A stretch of DNA of 63,032 nucleotides from a bacterium (GTDB taxonomy: Bacteria > Krumholzibacteriota > Krumholzibacteriia > LZORAL124-64-63): positions 1 to 63,032 of the forward strand of contig JANOEP010000064.1 in assembly GCA_031441465.1 (NCBI GenBank), in the 5' to 3' direction. Below are positions 27,451 through 36,154 of this stretch, in pieces (positions within the stretch are counted from its first letter, which is position 1; each line of letters begins with the position of its first letter). Under the pieces are notes generated by a model. It saw only the letters and a list, made by a program, of their open reading frames with translations, was not told the origin of the DNA and made no database searches. Made by a program: the position numbers and the translations under genes.

Positions 27451-30400
27451 CTACTTCATCAGCAGCATCTTGCGGACCTGGCTGTCCTGGCCCGCTTCGA
27501 TGCGGTAGAAGTAGGCGCCGGAAGCGACGCCCTGGCTCTGGCTGTCGAGGCCGTCCCAGACGACGGTGTGCGGACCGGCCGGCAGCGCGCCGTCCACCAG
27601 CATCCTCACCAGCGACCCGTCCAGCGAGTAGACGGCGAGGCGGACCTCGCGGCTCTCGGGCAGGACGAAGGCGATGGTGGTCTGGGGGTTGAAGGGGTTG
27701 GGGAAGTTCTGGTGCGCGGCGAAGCGCAGCGGCGTGACCGGGGTGATCTCGGTGGTCATGTTGACCGTGAGATCGCCGTTCGCGCCGTCGCGGGCCGACA
27801 CCCGGGGCTGGAGTTCGACGTCGGCGCTGAAAACGACGCGCAGCAGTTCGCCCGCGCCGCCGATCGTGGCGCCCTGCCCCAGCAGTGCCACGCCGGCGTC
27901 GAGGCCGTTGCCCGGTGCGTTGGCGGCGAAGCCGGGGCTGCTCTGCCCGGCCAGCAGTGCGCCGGCCGCGACTTCGCAGGTCACGCCTTCGGGCAGGGGG
28001 GCCGTCAGGTGGAGGCCCTTGAGGTTCGTGCAGGGTTCGGCCAGCAGCAGCGACCACGTCGTGGCGTCGATGCGCTGCCAGACCAGCATCGGGTTTTCGG
28101 TGCCGCCGGCCGGCTGCCGGGCCGGTCCGACGACGCCGAAGTTCTGCGCGAAGATCATCAGGTCTTCGAAGCCTACCGTGCTGTCAGTCAGCGGGATGCC
28201 GCGGCCGCCGTGTGTGTCGGTCGGGCCCACGTCGCAGTGGTTGTTGTAAGACGTGTGGTTACCGCCGAAGCCGTATGAGGCGCCGAGGCGGCTGATGTCC
28301 TGAACATCGACGAGGCCGTTGTAGGCAAGGGGCGGGTCCACGTCGCCGAGCCAGTAGTTGGTGGCGCGGTTGTCGGGCGACGAGCCGGGCCCGAAGTTGC
28401 CGGCCGCGTCCACGGCGTAGACCTCGTAGTAGTAAATGCCGCGCGGCGCGTAACTGTTCACGAAGATCGTGGCCGTGCCGGGAAGTGCGGGTGCGACCAG
28501 AGCCCACTCGGGATTGAGCAGGACGGCCGCGTGGTTGGCCGGCCAGGTCGGTTCCTTGTCCGCTACCATGTCATCGTACTCGGGGTAAGCCGAGGTGACG
28601 TTGTCGCCGGTGTGCCAAAGGGCGCGCCACACCTCGTAGTGGTGCACGTCCGTGGCGACGGCCATCGTCCAGCCGAGGGTGACCTTCTGGTGGCCGGGCG
28701 TCGACGTTAGGTTGGTCACGGCTGGAGGCGCCGTGCAGTCGACCGTGATCGTCGCGCCGGCTACCGTGCTGCCGATGTCGCCGTTGGTCAGGTCGCGTAG
28801 CACGACGGTCGGCATCGTCACGGTGCCGGTCCCGTCGCTGACGGGGTGGAAGGTGATCGCGAACAGATTGGCCGCGGTCGTAAGGCCTGTTGTCCCGCCC
28901 AGGATGGCGCTGTCGACGGTGAAGGTGCCGTTGCCATTGTCGATCGGGAAGAAGTAGTGGTTGCTGAAAGCGTCGAAGGCGTGCAGGTCGGCGATGTCGG
29001 CGGCGCCGAAAGCCAACTGATCCGAACAGTCCACCGTCACCGTGAAGCCGCGCAGAGCGGGCGTCATGGCGTTGGGGACGTAGCGGAAGTTCAGGGTGAC
29101 GGTCTGGCCGCAGTTGATCGGGCCGCTGGCGACGGGCAGGGCGGAGACGTCAGCCATGCCTGTCCAGGGCTCGAACAACACGTGGTCACTCACCTTGTCA
29201 CCGGTGCCGTCGGGGTTCAACGAGGCGTGGTAAGGGCCGCTGGCGGCGCCCCACCAGTTGCTGCGCGCATTGAACGCGAATCCGTTGGTGGGAGTGCCGT
29301 TGACCACCACGCCGTAGTCAGCGATGGGGTTGCCGACGGTACCGTTGTCGTAGATCTGGTTGCCGGAAGCCGAGATGTTGTTTGAGCAGTCGTAGCAGGC
29401 GTACTGCCCGTTGGACGGCGGGCTCTCGAACGTCGGGTTCCAGTAATTGCCGACCAGGTCCACCATCACGCCGTTCCACCCATTGTCGCGGATGATGTTG
29501 TTGGTGAGGGAGACCCCGTCGTTCTTGACATCCATGTACACGCCGCTCTTGCTGTTCCCGTAAATCTGGTTGCCGGTGAGGCTGAGATTCACGGGTCCGT
29601 AAGCGGTCGTCGGACCGGCGATCTTGTCCGAGGCGCCGCGGACCAGCAGGATGCCGTGCCCGTACTTCAGGGCGTTGGGGTTGTCGCCGGGCAGGGCCGT
29701 GTTGTTGTAGATCTTGTTGTTGCTGATCGTCAGGTTGGTGAAGCCGCCCGCGGATTCGATGCCGCTGCGGTGCGAGCCGTAGATCTCGTTGTCGCTGATG
29801 ACCGTGCCGGTCATAGGGGCGGGGCTCGGCGCGCCGTAGGCGAAGTAGGACGACCAGATGAAGATGTTGTCACCGTTGCCCTTGCAGTCGAAGATCTTGT
29901 TGTGCGCAAACGTGCTGCCGATGATGCCGTTGGCGCCGTAGGGATGGTTGACCAGGTACAGGCCCATGCGCCCCTTCGTGCCGTCCTGGCTGGCGAGGTT
30001 CGTGTTGGGGCCGATCACGCAGTTGACCACCTGGATGCCGCTGATCGGCCGCGTAAGGGCGTAGACGCGCACCAGCGATGTGTTGAGATTGCCGACCGCG
30101 TTCAACTCGCCCACCACGAAGCCGTCGAACACCACGTTGTCGGTATCGACGATGTCCACGATGGCGTTGTAGGCGACGGTCGGGTTCGGGTGCGTGATGA
30201 CGCTCTCCACGCCGGTGTTCCAGGTGTAGTTTGCCGGGACAGCGTAGCCGTTCTTGTTCACGCCGGCGGTGGCGCCGAGCACGGTGAGGGACTTGTTGAT
30301 GGATATCGCCTCGACGTAAGAGCCGGGGCGCACGAGGATCGTGTCGCCGGGATCGGCTGCGTCGATGGCGGCCTGGATGCTTGAGTCCACCCCCCAGGAC

Positions 30401-31530
30401 ATGGGGGAGGTGCCGGGAGCCGCGCCCAACCATGGGCTGTAGGCGGCGCCACTCGAAACCGGATCCCCGGTTCCGGGGCCGTTGCCCGCCGGTCCGCTCA
30501 CGTCACCCCACCAGTTGGCGTCGGCATCGACGGTTTCCGTCACGAGGGCGGTATTGACGGTGAGGCCGGATGCCGTGTTGCCGGTGATCGTGTTGCCGGT
30601 GATGGACACTCGCTGGGTGTCGATCACGTGGCGGTCGATGATGACGCCGGCGACGCCGCTGCCGGTGACTCGATTGTCGCTGATCGCTATGTCCTGGCCC
30701 TTGACGCTGATGCCGTACCGGACCGAGCTGCCGATCGTGTTGTCGGAGATCGTGATGAAGGTGGTGGTGCCCCAAAGCGACACCCCGTCCCGATTCCCGT
30801 TAAGGACGTTTCCGGTGATGGTGACACCGGAGACAGTGCTGCCGCCGATGCCGCGCGAATTGAAGAATCCGGACGCCGTGTTGCCGCTGATCAGCGCGGT
30901 TGTGACTGAGGTCAGGTACATAGCCGACTCGTCGCCTGCCCCCAAGTTGTTCAAGGTGATGATGTTGTCGCTAATGGTGAGATCCGTGGATGCCCCTGGC
31001 TGGGCGACCACACCCTGCTTGGTGACCGCCAGACGGTTGCGCAGGATGTCGAGACCGTCGACGCCCTTGCACAGCACGGCGGTGTATCCGTCGATGATGT
31101 TGTCCTGGATGATGATGCCGTCGTCCCAGCAACGCAGGACCGATTCGTCCGCGTAATGGAAGGTCGCACTGCCCATCAGGGTGAATCCGCTGATCGTCAC
31201 GTTCGTAATCCCGAGCGGAATTTCCACTGCGACGTTTGGATTGCTGACCGCAAGACCCGTGATGTCGACGATCGATTCCGCAGCCGGGATGCCCCTGGCA
31301 CCCGTTTGTGTCGGGTCGACACCATACTGGGCGCCCCGCAGATCGATCGACTTGCCGATCACGAGCCGCTCCGTGTAGATCCCCGCGGCCACATCGATCG
31401 TGTCGCCGGGGTTGGCCGCGTTGATGGCGGCCTGGATCGTGCCGTACGGGATCGGCACGTTGAGCGTAGCGGCCCAGCCGCCGGAAGCGACCAGCAGGAC
31501 CAGTCCAGCACAGATGAGGATTCGTCGCAT
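27451..31530 (-). CDS. Large secreted tandem right-handed beta-helix (pectate-lyase/NosD-like) protein with cohesin-like, FN3-like, dockerin-like and FlgD CTD
   Basis: Two TIQAAI.AA.PGDTI caps, I.GN.I repeats, NWWG..SGP closers; C-terminal region paralogous to 24456-27341. Confidence 0.75.
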   Translation of the reverse strand: MRRILICAGLVLLVASGGWAATLNVPIPYGTIQAAINAANPGDTIDVAAGIYTERLVIGKSIDLRGAQYGVDPTQTGARGIPAAESIVDITGLAVSNPNVAVEIPLGITNVTISGFTLMGSATFHYADESVLRCWDDGIIIQDNIIDGYTAVLCKGVDGLDILRNRLAVTKQGVVAQPGASTDLTISDNIITLNNLGAGDESAMYLTSVTTALISGNTASGFFNSRGIGGSTVSGVTITGNVLNGNRDGVSLWGTTTFITISDNTIGSSVRYGISVKGQDIAISDNRVTGSGVAGVIIDRHVIDTQRVSITGNTITGNTASGLTVNTALVTETVDADANWWGDVSGPAGNGPGTGDPVSSGAAYSPWLGAAPGTSPMSWGVDSSIQAAIDAADPGDTILVRPGSYVEAISINKSLTVLGATAGVNKNGYAVPANYTWNTGVESVITHPNPTVAYNAIVDIVDTDNVVFDGFVVGELNAVGNLNTSLVRVYALTRPISGIQVVNCVIGPNTNLASQDGTKGRMGLYLVNHPYGANGIIGSTFAHNKIFDCKGNGDNIFIWSSYFAYGAPSPAPMTGTVISDNEIYGSHRSGIESAGGFTNLTISNNKIYNNTALPGDNPNALKYGHGILLVRGASDKIAGPTTAYGPVNLSLTGNQIYGNSKSGVYMDVKNDGVSLTNNIIRDNGWNGVMVDLVGNYWNPTFESPPSNGQYACYDCSNNISASGNQIYDNGTVGNPIADYGVVVNGTPTNGFAFNARSNWWGAASGPYHASLNPDGTGDKVSDHVLFEPWTGMADVSALPVASGPINCGQTVTLNFRYVPNAMTPALRGFTVTVDCSDQLAFGAADIADLHAFDAFSNHYFFPIDNGNGTFTVDSAILGGTTGLTTAANLFAITFHPVSDGTGTVTMPTVVLRDLTNGDIGSTVAGATITVDCTAPPAVTNLTSTPGHQKVTLGWTMAVATDVHHYEVWRALWHTGDNVTSAYPEYDDMVADKEPTWPANHAAVLLNPEWALVAPALPGTATIFVNSYAPRGIYYYEVYAVDAAGNFGPGSSPDNRATNYWLGDVDPPLAYNGLVDVQDISRLGASYGFGGNHTSYNNHCDVGPTDTHGGRGIPLTDSTVGFEDLMIFAQNFGVVGPARQPAGGTENPMLVWQRIDATTWSLLLAEPCTNLKGLHLTAPLPEGVTCEVAAGALLAGQSSPGFAANAPGNGLDAGVALLGQGATIGGAGELLRVVFSADVELQPRVSARDGANGDLTVNMTTEITPVTPLRFAAHQNFPNPFNPQTTIAFVLPESREVRLAVYSLDGSLVRMLVDGALPAGPHTVVWDGLDSQSQGVASGAYFYRIEAGQDSQVRKMLLMK

Positions 31531-32058
31531 GGGATTCCCCCCGTTTGATGGTTTCAGGTCATGACATCGACGGTCGCCGGCATTGCCCGGCAGACTTCCA
31601 CCCTCCTCGCAGATCCCACGCGCCTGTGATCCCCCTTCCCGGCGGGTGAGATCCGATCGATCATCGTGAACGGATCTCTGCAACCTCGCGGTCGCGACGA
31701 CTCATGTTCACGACAGGATTGCCGACCGTCAGTGACAGCGGCGCTCCGGTCCGAATGGGCGAATCGGGCGAGAGGAACGAATTGGGCGATGAAAACAAAA
31801 TGGGCGAATCGAACTTCATGGGGCGAGTCATGATTGGTGCGAACGAACGGCTATCGTGACACGAATATTCCAACAAGTCAATGGGGGTGACTATTAATAC
31901 TATTATTGTCGCCAATTGATCATAGGAGGTGATCATCCTTATGATCTCGGGGTGGAATCATTGATCAATCTGTGCCATACTCACCGTCCATCTCCGGCGA
32001 TCTTCGCCCGTCGCCCCATGTGGATATATTCGCCTGGGCACGTGCGAAAGGACCCTCC

Positions 32059-32592
32059 ATGTATTTCCTGCCATTCCGCTCGGTCCCGGTGGTGTTGACC
32101 GTGTTGCTGTTCGCTGCGTGCGCCTGGTCGCAGACCGTCTCCTTCTCGCCTCCTGTCTCCATCCCCATCACCCTGACCTTCGATGTGGAGATCGACCTCG
32201 CCGCCACCGGCGCCGCCGTGATGGGAACGGAGATCGCCGTGACCTTCGACGAGGACATTGTCCGGCTGGACGGGATCACCGCCGGCGACTGGTACACCAC
32301 TGCGGGACAGAGTTACTATTTCCACGACTACACGACCCCCGGCACCGCCACGATCCACTTCGCCGCCGCCCTGCTCGGCAGTGACCGTGTCGCCGACGGC
32401 ACCCTGGCTGTTTGCCACTTCACGGCGCTCGCGGTCGGCGTCAGCCCGCTGGTCTTCGTGGATGTGGACGTGCGCGACGGGACCAACCTCGACCTGGGCG
32501 CCGCGCACAGCGTCGGTGACCTGATCATCATCCAGCGGGCTATCCCCAACGGGTCTTCTGCTTGGGGAGACTTGAAGTCGCTCTGGCGCTGA
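32059..32592 (+). CDS. Secreted stand-alone cohesin-like protein with C-terminal WGxxK tail
   Basis: Signal peptide; GTEIAVTFDEDIVRL..DGTLAVCHFTALAVG.SPL cohesin-like pattern; ends SSAWGDLKSLWR. Confidence 0.7.
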   Translation: MYFLPFRSVPVVLTVLLFAACAWSQTVSFSPPVSIPITLTFDVEIDLAATGAAVMGTEIAVTFDEDIVRLDGITAGDWYTTAGQSYYFHDYTTPGTATIHFAAALLGSDRVADGTLAVCHFTALAVGVSPLVFVDVDVRDGTNLDLGAAHSVGDLIIIQRAIPNGSSAWGDLKSLWR

Positions 32593-32631
32593 GGTCGGGA
32601 ACTTGCGGTCTGGCCGGGGTCAGCTGATCGC

Positions 32632-33966
32632 TCAATCGTCCGTACAGCAGTAAAAAACATGGCGGCGGTCCACCCTGTAGGGCGCCACGGTGCCGACGTG
32701 CCGGCAGTGCGGGTAACCGCATGCCGAGTGGATCAGGTCGGCCATGCGGCAGAGCTCCAACCCCGGCGCCGCCAAGAGCTGCGGGTTCCCGCAGTTGACC
32801 GGGATGTCGATGAGCAGGGCCTTGCTGCGCCCGCGGATCGCCTTCAGCAACTCGACGGCGAAGTCCTCGCCGTGATCCCTGACCACCCACTGCAGCGTGG
32901 AGAAGCACGTGACCAGGTCCCAGGCGGGGCGGGAGCCGCCGAGGACCCCGTCGGTGGCGAAGAGCGCCGGTTCCAGCGGCGCGGCGATGAACTCGGCCGC
33001 CACGCCCTTGATCGCGGCCACGCGCCTGGCGGTGGTGATGCACCGTTCGTCTCGGTCCAGTCCCGTGGCCAGGGCGCCGCGCCTGGCCAGCGAGAAGTCG
33101 TAGAAGCCGAGGTTGCAGCCAAGGTCCAGGTACCGCATTCCGTCCGGGTCGGGGCACAGGTTCAGGATCATGCCGAGCCGTTGGTAGGTGGCGAGGTCGT
33201 CGGCCTGGCTGGATAGGCCCGCGAACTCCGGAAAGGGCAGGGGCTGGTAGACGTGCCCGTGGCCCACCAGGGGTGCGGCTGCGATCTCGCGCGCCATCTG
33301 CATGGCATCTCGATGCAGGCAGTTGGGTGGGCTGCCGAGCGCCTCGGCCAGGGCCAGGTTCCGCCTGAACCACGGCCGCGGCGTGAGTTGCCCGAGATGC
33401 TGGCGAACGCCGGCGCGCACCTCGTTCTCGGGTGCGATCTGCACCGCCAGCCGGGTCCGGCCGAGGGTGATGGTGGCCGCCAGGACGCGCAGTCCCGACA
33501 GCACCATGTGGCGCCCGTCGCGCAGCTCGGCGAGGACGACGGGTTCCTGTTCGCCGGGCTCGCACCAGCCCTGCTGCAGGCACCGGATCAGGTAGGCGAA
33601 TTCCGCGCAATCCTGGTCGGGACCCCAGGTCAGGCCGGCTTCCGAATGTTCGGGCAGATGTTCGGCGATCCGGTGATACTCCGTTTCGGCGTGGACCAGA
33701 CCAGGCTCGGCGAGGACCCTGCGCGCGAAGTCCAGGTAAGGAGACGCGGCCAGGGTGACGCCGGCGAAGCTGCGCGAGTCCCGCAGCATGTCCATCGGCA
33801 GCAGCAGCGCGTCGGGCGAGAGGGACCTCACTTCCACAGGCAGGCGCAAGCGGCGGAAATCCATGCCGTTGGGGAGAGGCAGCGCCGGCGCCTTCGCCGT
33901 GAACGCGGTCCAGGTGGTCTGCACTTTCGTACCGGGGAAATGGAGCCTGGTCGTCAGATGATCCAT
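32632..33966 (-). CDS. Class I SAM-dependent methyltransferase with extra N-terminal domain
   Basis: YQPLPFPEF, RYLDLGCNLGFY..ARRGALATGLD, WDLVTCFSTLQW. Confidence 0.7.
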   Translation of the reverse strand: MDHLTTRLHFPGTKVQTTWTAFTAKAPALPLPNGMDFRRLRLPVEVRSLSPDALLLPMDMLRDSRSFAGVTLAASPYLDFARRVLAEPGLVHAETEYHRIAEHLPEHSEAGLTWGPDQDCAEFAYLIRCLQQGWCEPGEQEPVVLAELRDGRHMVLSGLRVLAATITLGRTRLAVQIAPENEVRAGVRQHLGQLTPRPWFRRNLALAEALGSPPNCLHRDAMQMAREIAAAPLVGHGHVYQPLPFPEFAGLSSQADDLATYQRLGMILNLCPDPDGMRYLDLGCNLGFYDFSLARRGALATGLDRDERCITTARRVAAIKGVAAEFIAAPLEPALFATDGVLGGSRPAWDLVTCFSTLQWVVRDHGEDFAVELLKAIRGRSKALLIDIPVNCGNPQLLAAPGLELCRMADLIHSACGYPHCRHVGTVAPYRVDRRHVFYCCTDD

Positions 33967-34148
33967 GGAGCGTCCGACCTCCCGAGATCATGCGAATCCG
34001 TGTAGGGGTCTCTCCTCGTGGGGGGATCCCGTGGCTGGGCCGCCGGGCATGTGTGGCCGCACGGAGTATACACCCACGCAGCGTGGATGCAGAGAAGAAG
34101 CACAGGAGCGACCACGTGGTCGCCCCTGCACCTGCGTTCGGCGGCCGG

Positions 34149-34829
34149 TCAGCGCTTGGAGATCCCGCCGATGCCCGTGACTTTTGTCTGCACCTTCGCG
34201 GGATCGCCCCGGTAGGTGATGTCACCCACGCCCTGCACGGAGCCGTCGAAGCTGTCGCTGGCCGACACGTCGACGTCGCCGGCGCCCGCGATCACGACCT
34301 CGACGTTCCTGGCCGCCAGAGCTGCGGCGTCGATATCGCCGGCCCCTTCGACCCGGATGTCCAGGTCGTCGACCCGGCCGGCGAGGTCCACGTCGCCGGC
34401 GCCGCGGATCTTCAACCCGAAGCTGCCACCCACGAAGCCCGTCGCCGTCAGGTCGCCGGCGCCGTTGACCTCCAGTGAGGCGAAGCTCGGCGCCGTCAGC
34501 GCCAGGCGGGCGTGGTCGTCCGCATCGAACTCCTTGCGCCAGTCGACGACCAGCGTGCCATCGCGCACCTCGAGCACGAGGTTGTCGAAGAGGTTGTCGT
34601 CCAGGGTGACGCTGGCCGCGTGGTCGCCGCCGACCTTGACCTCGATGTCCATGGACCCGTCGAGCCGCAGGCCGTCCCATCCCCGCAGGTCGAAGCTGCG
34701 GGTCTCGAGCTTGCCCGAGCCTTCGAGACGGTCGCGATCGTGGTGCCGTGAACGGGCCGAAGCCGCCGAAACAAGCCCGCAAGCCATCACGACCGTCGCG
34801 AACACCAGCAAACATCTGCGCAGGAACAT
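34149..34829 (-). CDS. DUF2807/GIN-domain (adhesin-head-like) secreted protein
   Basis: EGSGKLETRSFDL, DDNL, repeated GAGD(V/I) beta-helix turns, GDITYRGDP. Confidence 0.8.
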   Translation of the reverse strand: MFLRRCLLVFATVVMACGLVSAASARSRHHDRDRLEGSGKLETRSFDLRGWDGLRLDGSMDIEVKVGGDHAASVTLDDNLFDNLVLEVRDGTLVVDWRKEFDADDHARLALTAPSFASLEVNGAGDLTATGFVGGSFGLKIRGAGDVDLAGRVDDLDIRVEGAGDIDAAALAARNVEVVIAGAGDVDVSASDSFDGSVQGVGDITYRGDPAKVQTKVTGIGGISKR

Positions 34830-34937
34830 GTCATCCTCCGATCAGGGATGGGCCCACACCGCTCTTGCCGGTGTGCAATCCCGTCTTGGACGTATCCGGC
34901 AGGCCGAAAGTTTAGGCTGTGCCCGCGAAAATGTTCA

Positions 34938-36147
34938 GTTCTAGCCGCAAGATTGTCCCTGCCAAAGTCGAGGCCCCGCGGCCTCGCCTCTGCCGTCTCC
35001 TCAGAACGCGTACTTCAGCCGGTGCCGCTGGTTCACCGGCAACGCAGCTGTCTCCACACTACGCGCGTAATACCGATCCCAGCTCTGTGGCAATTCGATC
35101 CGCGTCCGGAACAGCCGCTCGCGCAGGATGTCCCGCACCGTCAGCACCCGGTCGGTCGCCCCCCGCAGCATCGCCGGTGTCACCGGCGGCCCGTTCTCCC
35201 ACCGCCGCTTGATGTTGTTGCGCCACACTTGCAATACGGCCAACTTCTCCGCCGACGCCTGCCGACGCTTCGCCCAGGCGATTGTCTCGCGCCTGTGCGC
35301 CGCCGTGCCGTGACGGATCAGCAGATCCAGCAGGTTTATCTCCCACAACGAGTTGCGCTGGTCGCGATGCTCCTTCCCCGGGGTGATCCGGTGCTCGACC
35401 TCACAGGCCAGGTCTTTCATGGCTCGCGGGTACGCCGGGTGATCGTCGCTGCGGACCACCACCTTGCCGACACCCTGGGTCACCACCTCGAGGAGTTCCG
35501 CCATGCCCTTGCGGACGGCCTTCGGGTCAGGGCGGCCCAGGGTCGCTTCAAGTTCGGCCCGCCGCTGCTTCTGTTGTTCGGTCATGCGTCCCTTGCGGCG
35601 CAGCGGGCTGTCGGTGTGGTAGAGGAAATAGCTGGTCTCGGGGTCGACGGCCACGTTGTGGTGGAAGGGGAAGTACTGGCTCCACTCGAAGGACTCGAAG
35701 CCGTCGACGACGACCTCACGGGTCGGGCCGAGCTGCTGCAATTGATCGGCGTGGAACAGCAGGCAGTGGCGACCGAGGCGAGAGGCCTGGTGCTGGACGG
35801 TGCTGGGGGCGATGCCCTTGGCTCTTGCTGCTTGGCGGTTGGCCATCGAGCCGACCAGCAGCAGCAACAGGCGGGGCATCAGATCGGGGCGTTTCTGCCA
35901 GTAGGAGGTGGAGAAGGTCTGTGTGCTGAAGTTGCGTCCACAGTGGAGGCATGTGAACCGCTGGATACGATTCGGAGCGCAGCGGCGGGTGAAGTAGCCT
36001 TTGCGCTTGAAGCGCCAAGCAGGGGTAACCTGTTGGTGGAACTTGCAGTCGTGGTTGGGGCAGTGGGGCGGTTGCCAGCCTGGGGTGTTGGTGGTCATGT
36101 CCCTGGCGCGGCAATCACCGCGCCAGGGACAATTTCATGGCCAGAAC
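34938..36147. mobile_element. Insertion-sequence-like element with imperfect ~24-bp terminal inverted repeats
   Basis: Left GTTCTAGCCGCAAGATTGTCCCTG versus reverse complement of right GTTCTGGCCATGAAATTGTCCCTG; encloses a transposase; no target-site duplication seen. Confidence 0.7.
35001..36098 (-). CDS. IS1-like single-ORF transposase (Zn ribbon, HTH, DDE-like)
   Basis: PHCPNHDC..QRFTCLHCGRNFS zinc ribbon; RQAARAKGIAPSTV HTH; VVDGFESF, RSDDHPAY, LLIRH..RRETIAWAK, VTPAM. Confidence 0.7.
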   Translation of the reverse strand: MTTNTPGWQPPHCPNHDCKFHQQVTPAWRFKRKGYFTRRCAPNRIQRFTCLHCGRNFSTQTFSTSYWQKRPDLMPRLLLLLVGSMANRQAARAKGIAPSTVQHQASRLGRHCLLFHADQLQQLGPTREVVVDGFESFEWSQYFPFHHNVAVDPETSYFLYHTDSPLRRKGRMTEQQKQRRAELEATLGRPDPKAVRKGMAELLEVVTQGVGKVVVRSDDHPAYPRAMKDLACEVEHRITPGKEHRDQRNSLWEINLLDLLIRHGTAAHRRETIAWAKRRQASAEKLAVLQVWRNNIKRRWENGPPVTPAMLRGATDRVLTVRDILRERLFRTRIELPQSWDRYYARSVETAALPVNQRHRLKYAF

Positions 36148-36154
36148 CCAAGAC

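Noticed and set aside
24456..29128. Diversity-generating retroelement template/variable repeat between the two paralogous C-termini
   Set aside because: Differences are not adenine-specific, both copies are coding, and there is no reverse transcriptase gene.
31590..31700. Cobalamin riboswitch (CCGGGAAGG on the minus strand)
   Set aside because: The other conserved elements (GCCACTG, AGYCAGRAGACC) are missing.
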